64,000 nucleotides of DNA. It comes from the human T2T-CHM13v2.0 reference genome, Homo sapiens. Shown here piece after piece: positions 1 through 22,143 of this stretch. The notes beneath the pieces are model-generated. The model did not search any database. It had not been told where the DNA came from and saw only the letters and a program-made list of their open reading frames with translations. The DNA lies in assembly GCF_009914755.1 (NCBI RefSeq), contig NC_060941.1. One strand, given 5' to 3'. Each line of letters opens with the position of its first letter. Position 1 is the stretch's first letter. The translations under genes and the position numbers were made by a program.

Positions 1-365
1 AGTAAATGACCAAAGGTTAGTATCTCACACGCTAGTTATATAATCAAACATCGATAAATAAAAACAATCTAGTGTTACTATGTACTGACATTCTCAGTTA
101 GGGAGAACTGTGTTTCTAGAGAAAAAGGAGAGCTCTATTAACAGCCCTTTATTGGGGACTGGCCCTGCTAGAAACAGAATATAACTTCCTGACAATCTGA
201 TGAATTAGTTCAAAAAAACTTACTACGAAGTTGACAACACCTGGAGAAGTCCTATCAATCATCAAGATAGTTAGAACAATGTTAGTCAAAGTAGTACAAA
301 AACTGATGTTCCTCAACCTAACTCTTACTCACTAGGTCTCACTGAAAGACCTAGCAGGTAGAAGT

Positions 366-1061
<696 letters not shown>

Positions 1062-1180
1062 TCAGTGACATAGGAAAAGGCAAAGCAGTCTTAGCTGAAA
1101 TCATCCTTGCTCTTTTCAGAACATAATCAGCAAAACTAACAAGACAGATTAAATAAGTAGACCATTGAACTCTCTCTTAC

Positions 1181-1433
1181 CTTATGTGCAAGGCCAAGCC
1201 ATCCTGTAGGCTAGAGATCCCCAAATCAGAGAGTGTATCTGAGCCAACAGAAGCAGGTGACAAGGAGCCCTCCTTCTCCTCCAGTAGGTCCAACTTCACC
1301 AGGTTGCTGATCTCATCCTCTGAGTTATCTTCAGACACAGAACCTATTATGAATCGAGAGTGCTGGTTCAGCTCCAGAGGTTGGGCCAAGGGAGATGGTT
1401 CATCCATTATTCCTCCAAAATGAGCTCTTACAG
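1181..1433 (-). CDS. ACACA: ACACA exon carrying the canonical start codon (ATG 1407-1405); encodes MDEPSPLAQ...LALHIR
   Basis: Translation matches the ACC1 N-terminus as recalled. Polypyrimidine tract + AG acceptor (ttttctccatag|ctgtaag) at 1435/1433; donor AG|GTAAGA at 1181/1180, phase 2. The gene continues beyond the left edge. Confidence 0.97.
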
Positions 1434-1914
1434 CTATGGAGAAAATGAAAAGTGAGAAAGGCAGGTTATGAATAATAATCTATATCTGAGGTCAGCCAGA
1501 GGTTATATCTAATAAACCATAGCTGAGACGTGGAAGCAAGGCAATTTGAGAACTAACTTCCTTGGCTATTCTATTTCAGGGCCTTTAATTTCTACAAGGG
1601 AGGAAAATTGAGATCATGATAACTATGCCCATAAATTAAAACCAGTTCCCTTTTCCTCAAAGAAATTTTTCTCAAAAGCCTATAAGGCATTCCTAATCTC
1701 ATTTTCATTTGGTGGTGTCCAGGAAATAATTATGATCAATGGGGAAACCTTTGCAGTAGGAAAAAGCTGCTTGTTGTGATATTGATATTTTGGTTGTTAG
1801 TAATGGGGGAATAAATGGTAAGGGTCTGGATAGAGTAATGGTTGTTTGAAATAATATTTAAACTACATAATGCTCATCTGGCTTCAAACACTATATATTG
1901 AGAGGCTATAACTT

Positions 1915-2104
1915 TTATTTTATTATTTATTTATTTGAGACAGGGTCTCACTCTGTCACCCATACAGCATGCAGTACTACAATCATGGTTCACTGCAGCC
2001 TCAAACTCTTTGGGCTCAAGTGATCCTCCTACCTCAGCCTCCCCAGTAGCTGGGACTATAGGCACGTGCCACCATGCCCGGCTAATTCTATTTTTATTTT
2101 TCAT

Positions 2105-2143
<39 letters not shown>

Positions 2144-2850
2144 GAGACGGAGTCTCGCTCTGTTGCCCAGGCTGGAGTGCAGTGGTGCGACTGCCACTCA
2201 CTGCAAGCTCCGCCTCCCGGGTTCATGCCATTCTCCTGCCTCAGCCTCCTGAGTACCTGGGACTACAGGCACCCGCCACAACACCCAGCTAATTTTTTGT
2301 ATTTTTAGTAGAGATGGGGTTTCACCGTGTTAGCCAGGATGGTCTCGATCTCCTGACCTTCCGCCTCAGCCTCCCAAAGTGCTGGGATTCCAGGTGTGAG
2401 CCACCGCACCCGGCCTATTTTTTTTTTCTTTTTTGAGACGGAGTCTCACTCTGTCGCCCAGGCTGGAGTGCAATGGCACGATCTCAGCTCACTGCAACCT
2501 CCGCCTCCCGGGTTCAAGCAATTCTCTGCCTCGGCCTCCCAAGTAGCTGGGATTACAGGTACCCACCACCATGCCCGGCTGACTTTTGTATTTTTAGTAG
2601 AGATGGAGTTTCACTATCTTGGCTAGGCTGGTCTTGAACTCCTGATCTCATGATCCACCCACCTCAGCCTCTCAAAGTGCTAGGACTATGGGTGTGAGCC
2701 ACTGTGCCCGGTCTAATTTTTAAATATTTTGTAGAAATGGGGACTCCCTATGTTGCCTAGGCTGGTCTTGAACTCCTGGGCTCAAGCAATCCTCTCACCT
2801 TAGGCTCCCAAACTGCTGGGATTACAGGTGTAAGCCACTGTGCCTGGCCT
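1915..2850 (-). mobile_element. Nested Alus: older Alu split by two younger Alus, with (TTTA)n tail
   Basis: The outer Alu resumes at ~2714 after two full Alus. Confidence 0.9.
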
Positions 2851-3144
2851 ATGAATTTTACGTATGTGTATACTTTTAAAACAAACTCCAGATAGGTAAT
2901 TTTTAATTAAAAAAAAAAAAACTTTACTTGTCCTCATGAGTTTTTTCTTAAATTATGCATTTTAAAATGTCACCCCAAAATGACTACTTTTGGCTCTAAT
3001 GTGCTGACACTGATATGAGAAGAAAATGAATCTATCACCAAATTTAAAATCTATAATCACCTCAAGTAAGTATAATTTTTCTAAATGTAGGGCCTTACCA
3101 GTTAGGATTAGATACTGCCAATAGCTAACTAAGAAACTAATTAA

Positions 3145-3248
3145 CAGCAAACCATCATGACACGTGTTTACCTACATAACAAACCTGCATGTTCTGCACA
3201 TGTATCCCAGAACTTAAAAGTATAATTTAAAAAAAAAAAAGAAAGAAA
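3145..3248 (+). mobile_element. ~100-bp 5'-truncated L1PA 3' end
   Basis: L1 3'UTR terminus with A-tail; TSD AAGAAACTAATTAA at 3131-3144 and 3249-3262. Confidence 0.85.
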
Positions 3249-3496
3249 AAGAAACTAATTAATAAAGACCAAAACAGCAACATTCATTCTCTTTTATGGA
3301 ATGAAGTGCTGCCCATAAAAATTTAAAAATATTTTTTAAAAACCAAAATAAGAGCCCACAACAATAAAAACCCAAACTAAATGAAACAATATTTCTTCTG
3401 TCATCTCAAAAATCCTATTTTAAAATTTCAAAACTACAGATCAACTCAGTATTAAATAGCTTGTACCCAGATCAATTATTTTAATTCAGAAAATAA

Positions 3497-5656
<2,160 letters not shown>

Positions 5657-5673
5657 CTAAAATCGTAAATCCC

Positions 5674-7305
5674 CTGGCCCTCCCTTATCATATTTTTCTC
5701 TTTACTGTTCTCTTACCCCCTTTCACTCTCACTGCACCCCGTCCATGCCACTGCACCCCGTCCATGCCCCGTCCATGCCAGTAGCTCCCCTTAGCAAGAG
5801 TTTCTATGGAGAATGCAGCGTCCCGGAAATATTGATGCCCCATTGTATAGGAGTTTATCTAAGGGAACCCCCACCTTCACTGCCCACACCCATATGCCCC
5901 ACAACTGCTATAACTCTGCCACTCTTTGCATGCATGCAAATACTCATTATTGGACAGGAAAAACGATTAATCCCAGTTGTCCTGGAGGACTTGGAGGACT
6001 CACTTCACTCATACCAGTATGTCTGATGGGGGTGGAGTTCAAGATCAGGCAACAGAAAAACACATAAAGGAAGTAATCTCCCAACTGACCTGGGTACATA
6101 GCACCCCTGGCCCCTACAAAGGACTAGATCTCTCAAAACTACATGAAACCCTCCATACCCATACTGGCCTGGTAAGCCTATTTAATACCACCCTGACTGG
6201 GCTCCATGAGGTCTCGGCCCAAAACCCTACTAACTGTTGGATGTGCCTCCCCCTGCACTTTAGGCCATACATTTCAATCCCTATACCTGAACAATGGAAC
6301 AACTTCAGCACAGAAATAAACACCACTTCTGTTTTAGTAGGTCCTCTTTCCAATCTGGAAATAACCCATACCTCAAACCTCACCTGTGTAAAATTTAGCA
6401 ATACTATAGACACAGCCAACTCCCAATGCATCAGGTGGGTAACTCCTCCCACACGAATAGTCTGCCTACCCTCAGGAATATTTTTTGTCTGTGGTACCTC
6501 AGCCTATCATTGTTTGAATGGCTCTTCAGAATCTGTGTGCTTCCTCTCATTCTTAGTGGCCCCTATGCCCATCTACACTGAACAAGATTTATACAATCAT
6601 GTCATACCTAAGCCCCGCAACAAAAGAGTACCCATTCTTCCTTTTGTTATTGGAGCAGGAGTGCTAGGCGGAGTAGCTACTGGCATTGGCGGTATCACAA
6701 CCTCTACTCAGTTCTACTACAAACTGTCTCAAGAACTAAATGGTGACATGGAATGGGTCGCTGATACCCTGGTCACCTTGCAAGATCAACTTAACTCCCT
6801 AGCAGCAGTAGTCCTTCAAAATCGAAGAGCTTTAGACTTGCTAACCGCGGAAAGCGGGGGAACCTTTTTATTTTTAGAGGAAAAATGCTGTTGTTATGTT
6901 AATCAATCCGGAATCATCACCGAGAAAGTTAAAGAAATTCAAGGTCGAATATAACGTAGAGCAAAGGAGCTGCAAAACACTGGACCCTGGGGCCTCCTCA
7001 GCCAATGGATGCCCTGGATTCTCCCCTTCTTAGGACCTCTAGCAGCTATAATATTGTTACTCCTCTTTGGACCCTGTATCTTTAACCTCCTTGTTAAGTT
7101 TGTCTTTTCCAGAATCGAAGCAGTAAAACTACAAATCGTTCTTCAAATGGAGCCCCAGATGCAGTCCATGAGTAAAATCTACCACGGACCCCTGGACCGG
7201 CCTGCTAGCCCATGCTCTGATGTTAATGACATCAAAGGCACCCCTCCCGAGGAAATCTCAACTGCACAACCTCTACTACGCCCCAATTCAGCAGGAAGCA
7301 GTTAG
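5674..7305 (+). pseudogene. HERV-W env pseudogene (syncytin-1 paralogue)
   Basis: SDGGGVQDQ, CWMC, RNKR furin site, fusion peptide, LQNRRALDLL immunosuppressive domain (ISD), TM and tail. Start ATG lost, TAG at 5792, frameshift near 5997, TAA at 6952. Confidence 0.93.
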
Positions 7306-7363
7306 AGTGGTTGTTGGCCAACCTCCCCAACAGCAGTTGGGTTTTCCTGTTGAGAGGGGGGAC

Positions 7364-7689
7364 TGAGAGACAGGAATAACTAGATTTCCTAGACCAACTA
7401 AGAATCCCTAAGACTAGCTGGGAAGGTGACCGCTTCCACCTTTAAACACCGGGCTTGCAACTTAGCTCACGCCCAACCAATCAGATACTAAAGAGAGCTC
7501 ACTAAAATGCTAATTAGGCAAAAACAGGAGATAAAGAAATAGCCAATCATCTGTTGCCTGACAGCACAGCAGGAGGGACAATGATCGGGATATAAACCCA
7601 GGCATTCGAGCCAGCTACAGCTACCCTCTTTGGGTCCCCTCCCTTTGTATGGGAGCTCTGTCTTCACTCTATTAAATCTTGCAACTGCA
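7364..7689 (+). mobile_element. LTR17 U3-R (no U5)
   Basis: Polypurine tract GAGAGGGGGGAC 7352-7363 then TGAGAGACAGG; CCAAT at 7477 and 7543; TATAAA 7591; ATTAAA 7671. Confidence 0.9.
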
Positions 7690-7987
7690 AAAATAAAAAT
7701 AGAAAAATAATAATTCCCAATTGTGATTTTGAAGTGCTCTAAGATATGGTACATTAATAGATAATAAATGTATTATTAATAACTCTGTATGCTATAACTC
7801 ACTGTAAAGTATGAAAGTAAGTGGACAACAGTGTTCCTTGACATCAGATGAGAAACCGTCAATACTTTAAAATGTTTGGGAATCACCACTCAACATGTGA
7901 AAATTACATATGCACGATTGTTCTGGTGTAATTTGTGAGTCAGTTTACTCACTTACAGAGACAAACAGCATTTATAAATGCTAGAGT

Positions 7988-8153
7988 AGTGTGGTTCTCA
8001 AAGTGTGGTCCCTGGACCATTGGCATCACCTGGGAACTTGTTAGAAGTGCAAATTTCTTGGGCCCTTCCCCAGACCAACTAACCATATCAGAACCTACAG
8101 GCCAGCATCCATTAATCTATGCTTTCACAAGCCCTAAAGGTTGAGAATCACTG
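7988..8153. mobile_element. MER5A-like hAT MITE
   Basis: GTGGTTCTCAAAGTGTGGTCC ... TTGAGAATCACTG terminal inverted repeats. Confidence 0.75.
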
Positions 8154-8209
8154 TGGTACAAGAATAAAACAGTAATTAACAAATTGGCAAGACTGCTAAA
8201 ACAAAACTA

Positions 8210-10093
<1,884 letters not shown>

Positions 10094-10811
10094 CTATTTC
10101 TTTCACATTTACAGCAGTAAATAGTTAAGTTTAAAAGTAACAGTAGATCCAAAAAATAAAATCCCATCCCAACTAACAGAAGATAATGGGTGCCTTCTTC
10201 ACAAAGTAAGAAAGCAAGGCACTCAGGTGCAGATTCTAGCTTGCAGTCTGACTGAAGTTAGATGACCACACACAAAAGAGAAAATCCACAAGGCACAATT
10301 CTTTGACTCCATGGGAGAAGAAAAAGAGAGTTAATAAAACACGGTTCCTGGGCTAATAAGTGAGAGTCTCAATAAGGCCAACTTCAAGTTCCTAGCTAAG
10401 AAGACCATGAAGGCAGCTTTCACTAAACGGTTACATAGATTGGAGGCAACTCAGTGTGAACAGCTAAAAAGCCTGTCCAGCAACTGTACTGAATAGTATT
10501 TCCCAGGCACGAGCCTACAAACCAACAGAAAAGAGAGGTCATGTATGGAAAATTACTGAGTAGCTGTCCAGACACTCTAGAAGCTACTCCACAGCCTGTC
10601 CCATTTCCACTGATTCTAGTCCTGAATTAAAGAGAGAATACAGTTGAGTACCATTGTTAGACTCTTTGTTCACTTCAGGTTATCCACCCTAAATCTGCCT
10701 ATATTATTTTGTGGAAGTCAACTTTTAACACAAAAGCCTACAGTTTGATATTTTACAACATGAACAAAATTTTTATCACATTGTAAACAAGGAGTATTAT
10801 TTGTAACTGAC

Positions 10812-10858
10812 CTCTTATAATTCTTACTGTCTGAGTAGATATCCACTTCCAAAAAGAC
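10812..10858 (-). CDS. ACACA: ACACA 47-nt alternative exon (5'UTR, or coding SFWKWISTQTVRIIR in the N-extended isoform)
   Basis: ctttctctctag|GTCTTTTTGG...ATAAGAG|gtcagt. Splices in frame to AVRAHFGGI-MDEP; the peptide matches the recalled long ACC1 isoform. Confidence 0.93.
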
Positions 10859-11099
10859 CTAGAGAGAAAGAGAAAGATTTTAAGGTTTTTTTTTTTAAGA
10901 AACAAACTTTTGTCAATTCCTGTTTTGCTCAGCATAATACAAAGGTAATAATATATGAAGTATCTATTTTACTGGTCAAATCTATTATTTAACTTAAAGC
11001 ACAAAGTTTAGCAGTTTATTATTTGTTCAATTCTGTAAATCAAACACATTACATAAAGACTATTGTTTAAGAAAATATTAAACAATAGAACAAGCTTAC

Positions 11100-11160
11100 C
11101 ATTTCACAAGGTGGCTTTTCCAATTGTATACTCGATGAATACATTTCAAAATTTTCATTT
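11100..11160 (-). other. ACACA: Candidate ACACA 61-nt alternative 5' exon containing three ATGs
   Basis: Pyrimidine tract ...gatgaaatattag|AAATG acceptor and strong ATG|GTAAGC donor, 241 nt upstream of the 47-nt exon. Length equals the recalled 61-nt rodent exon 3. Confidence 0.65.
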
Positions 11161-11399
11161 CTAATATTTCATCAAAAAAGAGGCAGTGGGGAGAAGAGAA
11201 CCACTAGATTCTCTACAATTCACTTAAGCTCTGATTATGTTTACAAGCGGTTACACCTACACACAAAGATTGGGAGCCAGGTGGAAGACAGAGTGCCCAT
11301 TATACTAAGTCCCTAAACTGTAAGGGATCAAACAGTCTCTAGCAACTCCCCAAATCCTCGGTTTCCTTCTTAAGCCTGACAATTTAAATCTATCTAGGG

Positions 11400-11578
11400 T
11401 AGAAATTCTCAACTCTGATTATGTTTAAGAATCACCTGCGGAGCTTTTAAAAATTTTACAAAGTCTAAACTCCACCCTAGATCTGCTGAATCAGAATTGC
11501 AGCTGGAGACCCAGGGATATCAACTTTAAGTTCCACAGTTAATTGACACTGATGGAAATACACGCTTGAGAACCACTC
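11400..11578. mobile_element. MER5-like hAT MITE (diverged)
   Basis: TTCTCAA...AGAATCACCTG...CTGAATCAGAA...TTGAGAACCACT. Confidence 0.6.
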
Positions 11579-11926
11579 GTTAAGGGCAGAGAAGAAACAA
11601 AAGGAAAGAACCTATTACACTGGTAGGGAAATCTAAAACTTCCGAGAGGACCCCTAAATGACAAGGGACAACATTTAGGAATATTAGGATTTATCCAGTT
11701 ATGCAGTCTGAGCTAGTATTATTCCCTACAACTGAGAAGAGGAAGGAAAAAGTTTGGATCATGTAACCAAAGATGCAGTGAAAGTGGAGTTAAAACCTAG
11801 GACCAATCAAGCTCAAACTCTGACTGTCAAATATTGCAAGTGACTGCAGACTTGAAGGTCACTTAACGTCTCTGTATATCATACAGACAAGCCTCCTCAT
11901 CTGTAAAAATAAAAAAGAAAGTCTTC

Positions 11927-12095
11927 TGGGCAGTAGTGTGCACCTACAGTCCCAGCTACTTGGGAGGCTGAGGCAGAGGTGTGCTAGAGTCCAGGAGCTG
12001 GAGGCTGCAATGTGCTATGACCACACCTGTGAAAAGCCAATGCACTCCAGCCTGGGCAACATAGCAAGACCCCCATCTCAAAAATAAATAAATTA
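11927..12095 (+). mobile_element. FAM (fossil Alu monomer)
   Basis: Monomer carrying the extra CCTGTGAA(T)AGCCA segment. Confidence 0.65.
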
Positions 12096-12496
12096 ACGAA
12101 TTTAATTAAGTTTAAAGAAGGTCATATGTACCTCATGGGACTGCTGTGAAAACTAAGAATATATGAAAGGATTTTGTAAACTATAATGCAATAGGCCAGT
12201 GTTTTTCAAATTATGGGTTACCACCCAGCAAAACATTAAGAAATCAATTTAGCAAGTTATAACCAATATTTTGAAAATGAAATAAGATAGAAAATGTTAA
12301 GATATACCATAGTTTATGACAGTATCCATAGTTTTGTAAATTTTTGTTTCAGTTATATATAGGTCATGATGTAAATGACATTTTATTATGAGGTATGTCA
12401 AAAAAAGTCTTAAAGCGGCCAGATGTGGTGGCTCACACCTGTAATCCCAGCACTTTGGGAGGCCAAGATGGGCAGATCACCTGAGATCAGGAGTCA

Positions 12497-12757
<261 letters not shown>

Positions 12758-13413
12758 TTATAACCTCACTAGACAGCAAAGACAGCCAGTTAAGTACATA
12801 AACCAACGATTCTTAAAAGTGTCTCAACTGTTGGAAATTTGATGAAAGCTATGGACCTTTTCTTGACAAAAATGTACCCTCATACAAAATTTTCATTCCA
12901 TACAGGTTTGGGATTCCTAAACTCCTGCCCTGAATTAGGTTAAGACCTCTTTCTCCAGAAAGAGGACTAAAAAAGAAGCTGACCTTTGGGGAAGGCTCAT
13001 ATAATTGCTGTCTTAGTTCTGAAACAAGGCCTTTTTCCAGATCCAGTCTGCCTACTCAAATAAAAATTATTTTCTTCATTATATAAAATTGTTGACAATG
13101 CCAAATTCTCTTTTATTTAAAAAATATATCATGTGGCCAGGCGCAGTGGCTCACACCTGTAATCCCAGCACTTTGGGAGATGAAGACGGGCAGATCACTT
13201 AAGGTTCGGAGTTCGAGAACAGCTGGCCAACATGGTGAAACCCCGCCTCTACTAAAACTACAAAAATTAGCCAGGCATGGTGGCAGACACCTGTAATCCC
13301 AGCTACTGGGGAGGCTGAGGAAGGAGAATAGCTTGAACCCAGGAAGCGGACGTTGCAGTGAGCCAAGAATGCACCACTGCGCTCCAGGCTGTGGACAAAG
13401 TAAGACTGTCTCT

Positions 13414-13414
<1 letters not shown>

Positions 13415-13481
<67 letters not shown>

Positions 13482-13550
13482 TATATTTTTAAATATATAT
13501 GTATTTTAAATACATATATATATCCTATATATACACTATACATATAATGT
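13415..13550. repeat. Poly(A)-(TA)n-(CA)n compound microsatellite at an Alu tail
   Basis: Directly visible. Confidence 0.9.
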
Positions 13551-13869
13551 ATTATTCAGCTTTTATTTGGAGACTCTTGAAAATTTTTGCGGAAGGCTCC
13601 CAAACTGTGCCTTATGTTCCTGAAAATGTGGTAAAGCTAATTACAGCTAATGTATTTAAGAGTCAGCCTGGGCCAGGAGTGGTGGCTCATGCCTGTAATC
13701 TCAGCCATTTGGGAGGCTGAGGCGGGAGAATCCCTTGAGTCCAGGAGTTCAAGGCCAGCCTGGGCAATATGACGAAACCCCATCTCTACCAAAAAAAAAA
13801 AAGCTGGATGTGGTAGCACATGCCCATGGTCCCAGCTACTTGGGAGGCTGAAGTGGGAGGATCACTTGA

Positions 13870-14328
<459 letters not shown>

Positions 14329-15045
14329 TAGTTAGCATATTCTCCTTGAACTCAAATTACACTGTATTTTCCATGCAATTCTAATAAAGAGGCAGCAATT
14401 AGTTTTCATAGCCACTGATAAAAGTATCCAAGCTTTTACAACATGTCCTTGCCTCTCAAGTCATAGTAAGTTCACTTAAATGTTTTCAAAGAGGCCGGGT
14501 GCAGTGGCTCATGCCTGTAATCCCAGCACTTTGGGAGGCCAAGGCAGGTGGATCACGAGGTCAGGAGTTCAAGACCAGCCTGGTCAAGATGGTGAAACCC
14601 CATCTCTACTAAAAATGTAAAAATTAGCCAGGCCTGGTGGCGGGTGCCTGTAATCCCAGCTACTTGGGAGGCTGAGGCAGAGAACTGCTTGAACCTAGAA
14701 GGCAGAGGTTGCAGTGAGCCAAGATTGTACCATTGTACTCCAGCCTGGGTGACAGAGTGAGACTCTGTCTCAAAAAAAAAAAAAAAAAAAGTTTTCAAAG
14801 ACAATAAGTGAATTTGCCTTGTTCACTTTGTCATTTATTTTTTAATGGATTTTGGTTATTAATTCAGTGATTCATAAAAGGATTACAGAAAATTTTATTT
14901 TAAAAACTATTTTAATTTACCACAAGTTTTAAATTTTAAAATAACAAGAACTTGTGTTCCAAATAGTGAAACAGATGCTGATTATTCAAAGATAAATAAG
15001 ATTTGTCCCTAGCTAAGTGGCTATTGACACCTAAATATACAATTA

Positions 15046-15636
<591 letters not shown>

Positions 15637-16062
15637 TTAAAAAGTCTGGGTAGACAACAAGACAATTTTCTTGGAAAGCAGACAGAAGAGCAATAAATGA
15701 CTAGGCAAGCCCAAGAAAACTGAATCATAGCCCAACTGTGGTAAACTTACGATCAACACAATTTATGTCATACGTTCCCCAAAATGTTCAGAAAGTGGAG
15801 GTGAAAGAGAGCTAAAGAAAATAAGGAGGATTGGTTGAAATTGTTTCCGAAGCTTCAGATCATTACATTTTCTCCCCAACTAGTGAAGTCAGGTGCCTGC
15901 TGCTCTACCATCCTGAGACTTTAGGTTTATTCTCTAGAGAGGGTTAAACAGAGGGTTTCTAGATTGGGGGATACCAGCAACAGTAAGGGGCAGGGTACAA
16001 TACTGAAAATAAATAAATTAAGTCAATATATTGAGTAAGATTTTCCGGTCCTCTTTCCCTAA

Positions 16063-16334
<272 letters not shown>

Positions 16335-16679
16335 TAGGTGTGAGCCACCGTGCCCAGCCTAGAGGATCCTTCTTCGGAGAATCTGACCAGCTCAAGGAGA
16401 GAAAAATAACTAAAGTTACTAACATCAACGTCCCTAATTGAGTTGCCCAACCAGATTACACTGTAGTAAGCTAACCACCTCTAATCAGCTTTCAACACTT
16501 CCTCTTAAATATAAACAGACAATAAAGATTACCAGATGTCTGAGAAAAACTTCAACATGAAAGACTAAAAACAAATAACTACCTGTAGATTAAAAAAATG
16601 CAACTTGAAGAAAAGAGATTACAGGGAACAAGAAACCATTAAAAACTACAGGGGTCGAGGGGAGGGGAAAGCAACTTCA

Positions 16680-17443
<764 letters not shown>

Positions 17444-17603
17444 TCACTCCTGTAATCCCAGCACTTTGGGAGGCCAAGGCAGGTAAATCACGAGGTCAGG
17501 AGATCGAGACCATCCTGGCTAACACGGTGAAACCCAGTCTCTACTAAAAATACAAAAAAATTAGCCGGGCGTGGTGGCGGGCGCCTGTAGTCTCAGCTAC
17601 TCA

Positions 17604-18395
<792 letters not shown>

Positions 18396-18570
18396 AGGGC
18401 TCAAGTGATCCTCCTACCTCAGCCTCCTGAGTAGCTGGGACTACGCACACACTACCACACCCAGCTAGCTTTTTTGTGATTTTTGTGGAGACGGGGTTTT
18501 GTTATGTTGCCCAGGCTGATCTCAACCTCCTGCTCAAGCGATCCTCCAGCCTCAACTTCCCAAAATGTTA

Positions 18571-18747
<177 letters not shown>

Positions 18748-18799
18748 TTACGTAAAAAAAAAAAAAAGAAAGAAAGAAAAAAAATTTTTTAACAAGAAA

Positions 18800-19640
18800 G
18801 AATTTTTAAAAGCTAAAAATATGATCACAGCAATGAAACAACTCAGAAGATAAGGTTAAAGAAAAGCTTTCACAAATCAGAATAAAAAGTCAAAGAGGGC
18901 CAGGTGCGGTGGCTCATGCCTGTAATCCTAGCACTTTGGGAGGGCAAGGTGGGAGGATCACCTGAGGTCAGGAGTTCAAGACCAGCCTTGGCCAACAGGG
19001 TGAAACCCCAACTATACTAAAAATGCAAAAATTAGCCAGGTGTGGTGCTACACGCCTGTAATCCCAGCTACTTGGGAGGCTGAGGCAGCAGAACTGCTTG
19101 AACCCGGGAGGCAGAGGTTGCAGTACCCAACCTGGGTGACTGAGTGAGACTCTGTCTCTCAAAAAAAAAAAAAAAATTTAAAGTGATGAACAACAGGAGA
19201 GAAAAAGAAGATGAGAGAACCTGTTCAGAAGGTCCATATCTAAGTAACAGAAGCTCCCAAAAGCAAGAACAAAACAAAGGGCAAAAATTTTAATCTGATA
19301 ATCATGCCAGATTGCCATGGTCATTGCCAGATTAAAAAGGCCCAACAAGTGCCTACCATAATGAATAAAAAGAGACACCAAGGCACATCACTGAAATTTC
19401 AGAAACTGAACACAAGAAAAGATCCTACAAGCTTCCTGAGAGAAAAAAGTTCACATACAAATGATCAAGAATTTGAATGCCTTTCAGACTTATCAGAAAT
19501 AACAACAGAAGCTTGAAGGTTATTAAACAATGCCTTCAAAATTCTGAAGGAAAATTATTTTCAATCTAGAATTTTAGACACAATAGGTTGCTGATCAATT
19601 GTGAGGACAGGACATATTTTCAGACAGCAAAATCTCAAAA
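18800..19640 (+). mobile_element. Ancient L1M/HAL1 ORF1-like fragment interrupted by an Alu
   Basis: A-rich; ...GCCTTCAAAATTCTGAAGGAAAATTATTTTCAATCTAGAATT resembles ORF1. Confidence 0.5.
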
Positions 19641-19877
19641 TAATTACCTCCGATAATGATGCAATTAGAAAACATAATTCATTTTACAAACACCAATGCT
19701 ATACGGGCGCGGTAATTCCAGCACTTTGGGAGGCAGAGACGGGCGGATCACGAGATCAGGAGATTGAGACCACGGTGAAACCCCGTCTCTACTAAAAATA
19801 CAAAAAATTAGCCGGGGGTGGTGGTGGGCGCCTGTAGGCCCAGATACTCAGGAGGCTGAGGCAGGAGAATGGCGTGA

Positions 19878-20366
<489 letters not shown>

Positions 20367-20379
20367 TGAAAACAACATA

Positions 20380-20939
<560 letters not shown>

Positions 20940-21447
20940 TAAGTATTCAAACTAAATATCACCAATATTAGGAAAAACTGACATCCTTGTATGATGTGTG
21001 TGTGGTTTACTCTGTGTGTGCATCACTGGATGTGATGCAATAGAAGTATACAACAGGCTAGGCACAGTGGCTCACACCTGTAATCCCAACACTTTCGGAG
21101 GCTGAGGCATTACGACTGCTCAGGAGTTCAAGACCAGGCTGGGCAACAAAGTGAGACTCCGTCTCTATAAAAAATAAAAAAATTAAAAATTTGCTAGGCA
21201 TAATGGCACGTGCCTATGGTCCCAGCTACACAGAAGGCTGATATGGGCGGACTGCTTGATTCCAGGAGGTCGAGGCTGCAGTGAGCCATAATTGCACCAC
21301 TGTACTCCAGCCTGGGCAACATAGTGAACCCGTCTCAAAAAAAGAAAAAAAAAACCAAAAAAAAAAACCCAGAAAAAATTAGCTGGGTGTGGTGGCACAT
21401 GCCTGTAGTCCCAGCTACTTGGGACCCTTAGGTGGGAAGATCACCTA

Positions 21448-21918
<471 letters not shown>

Positions 21919-21921
21919 TCA

Positions 21922-22143
<222 letters not shown>

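Noticed and set aside
1184-1423. 79-aa plus-strand ORF
   Set aside because: Antisense shadow of the ACACA coding exon.
5977-6954. Calling the env ORF syncytin-1/ERVW-1 or a functional Env
   Set aside because: No ATG or signal peptide, internal stops, no 5' LTR, and it keeps the tail residues deleted in syncytin-1; the track start is a TTG.
11229-11427. 15-bp direct repeat CTCTGATTATGTTTA (11229 and 11413) as a possible TSD
   Set aside because: The second copy lies within a MER5-like element and the enclosed DNA has no tail or recognisable element; probably chance.
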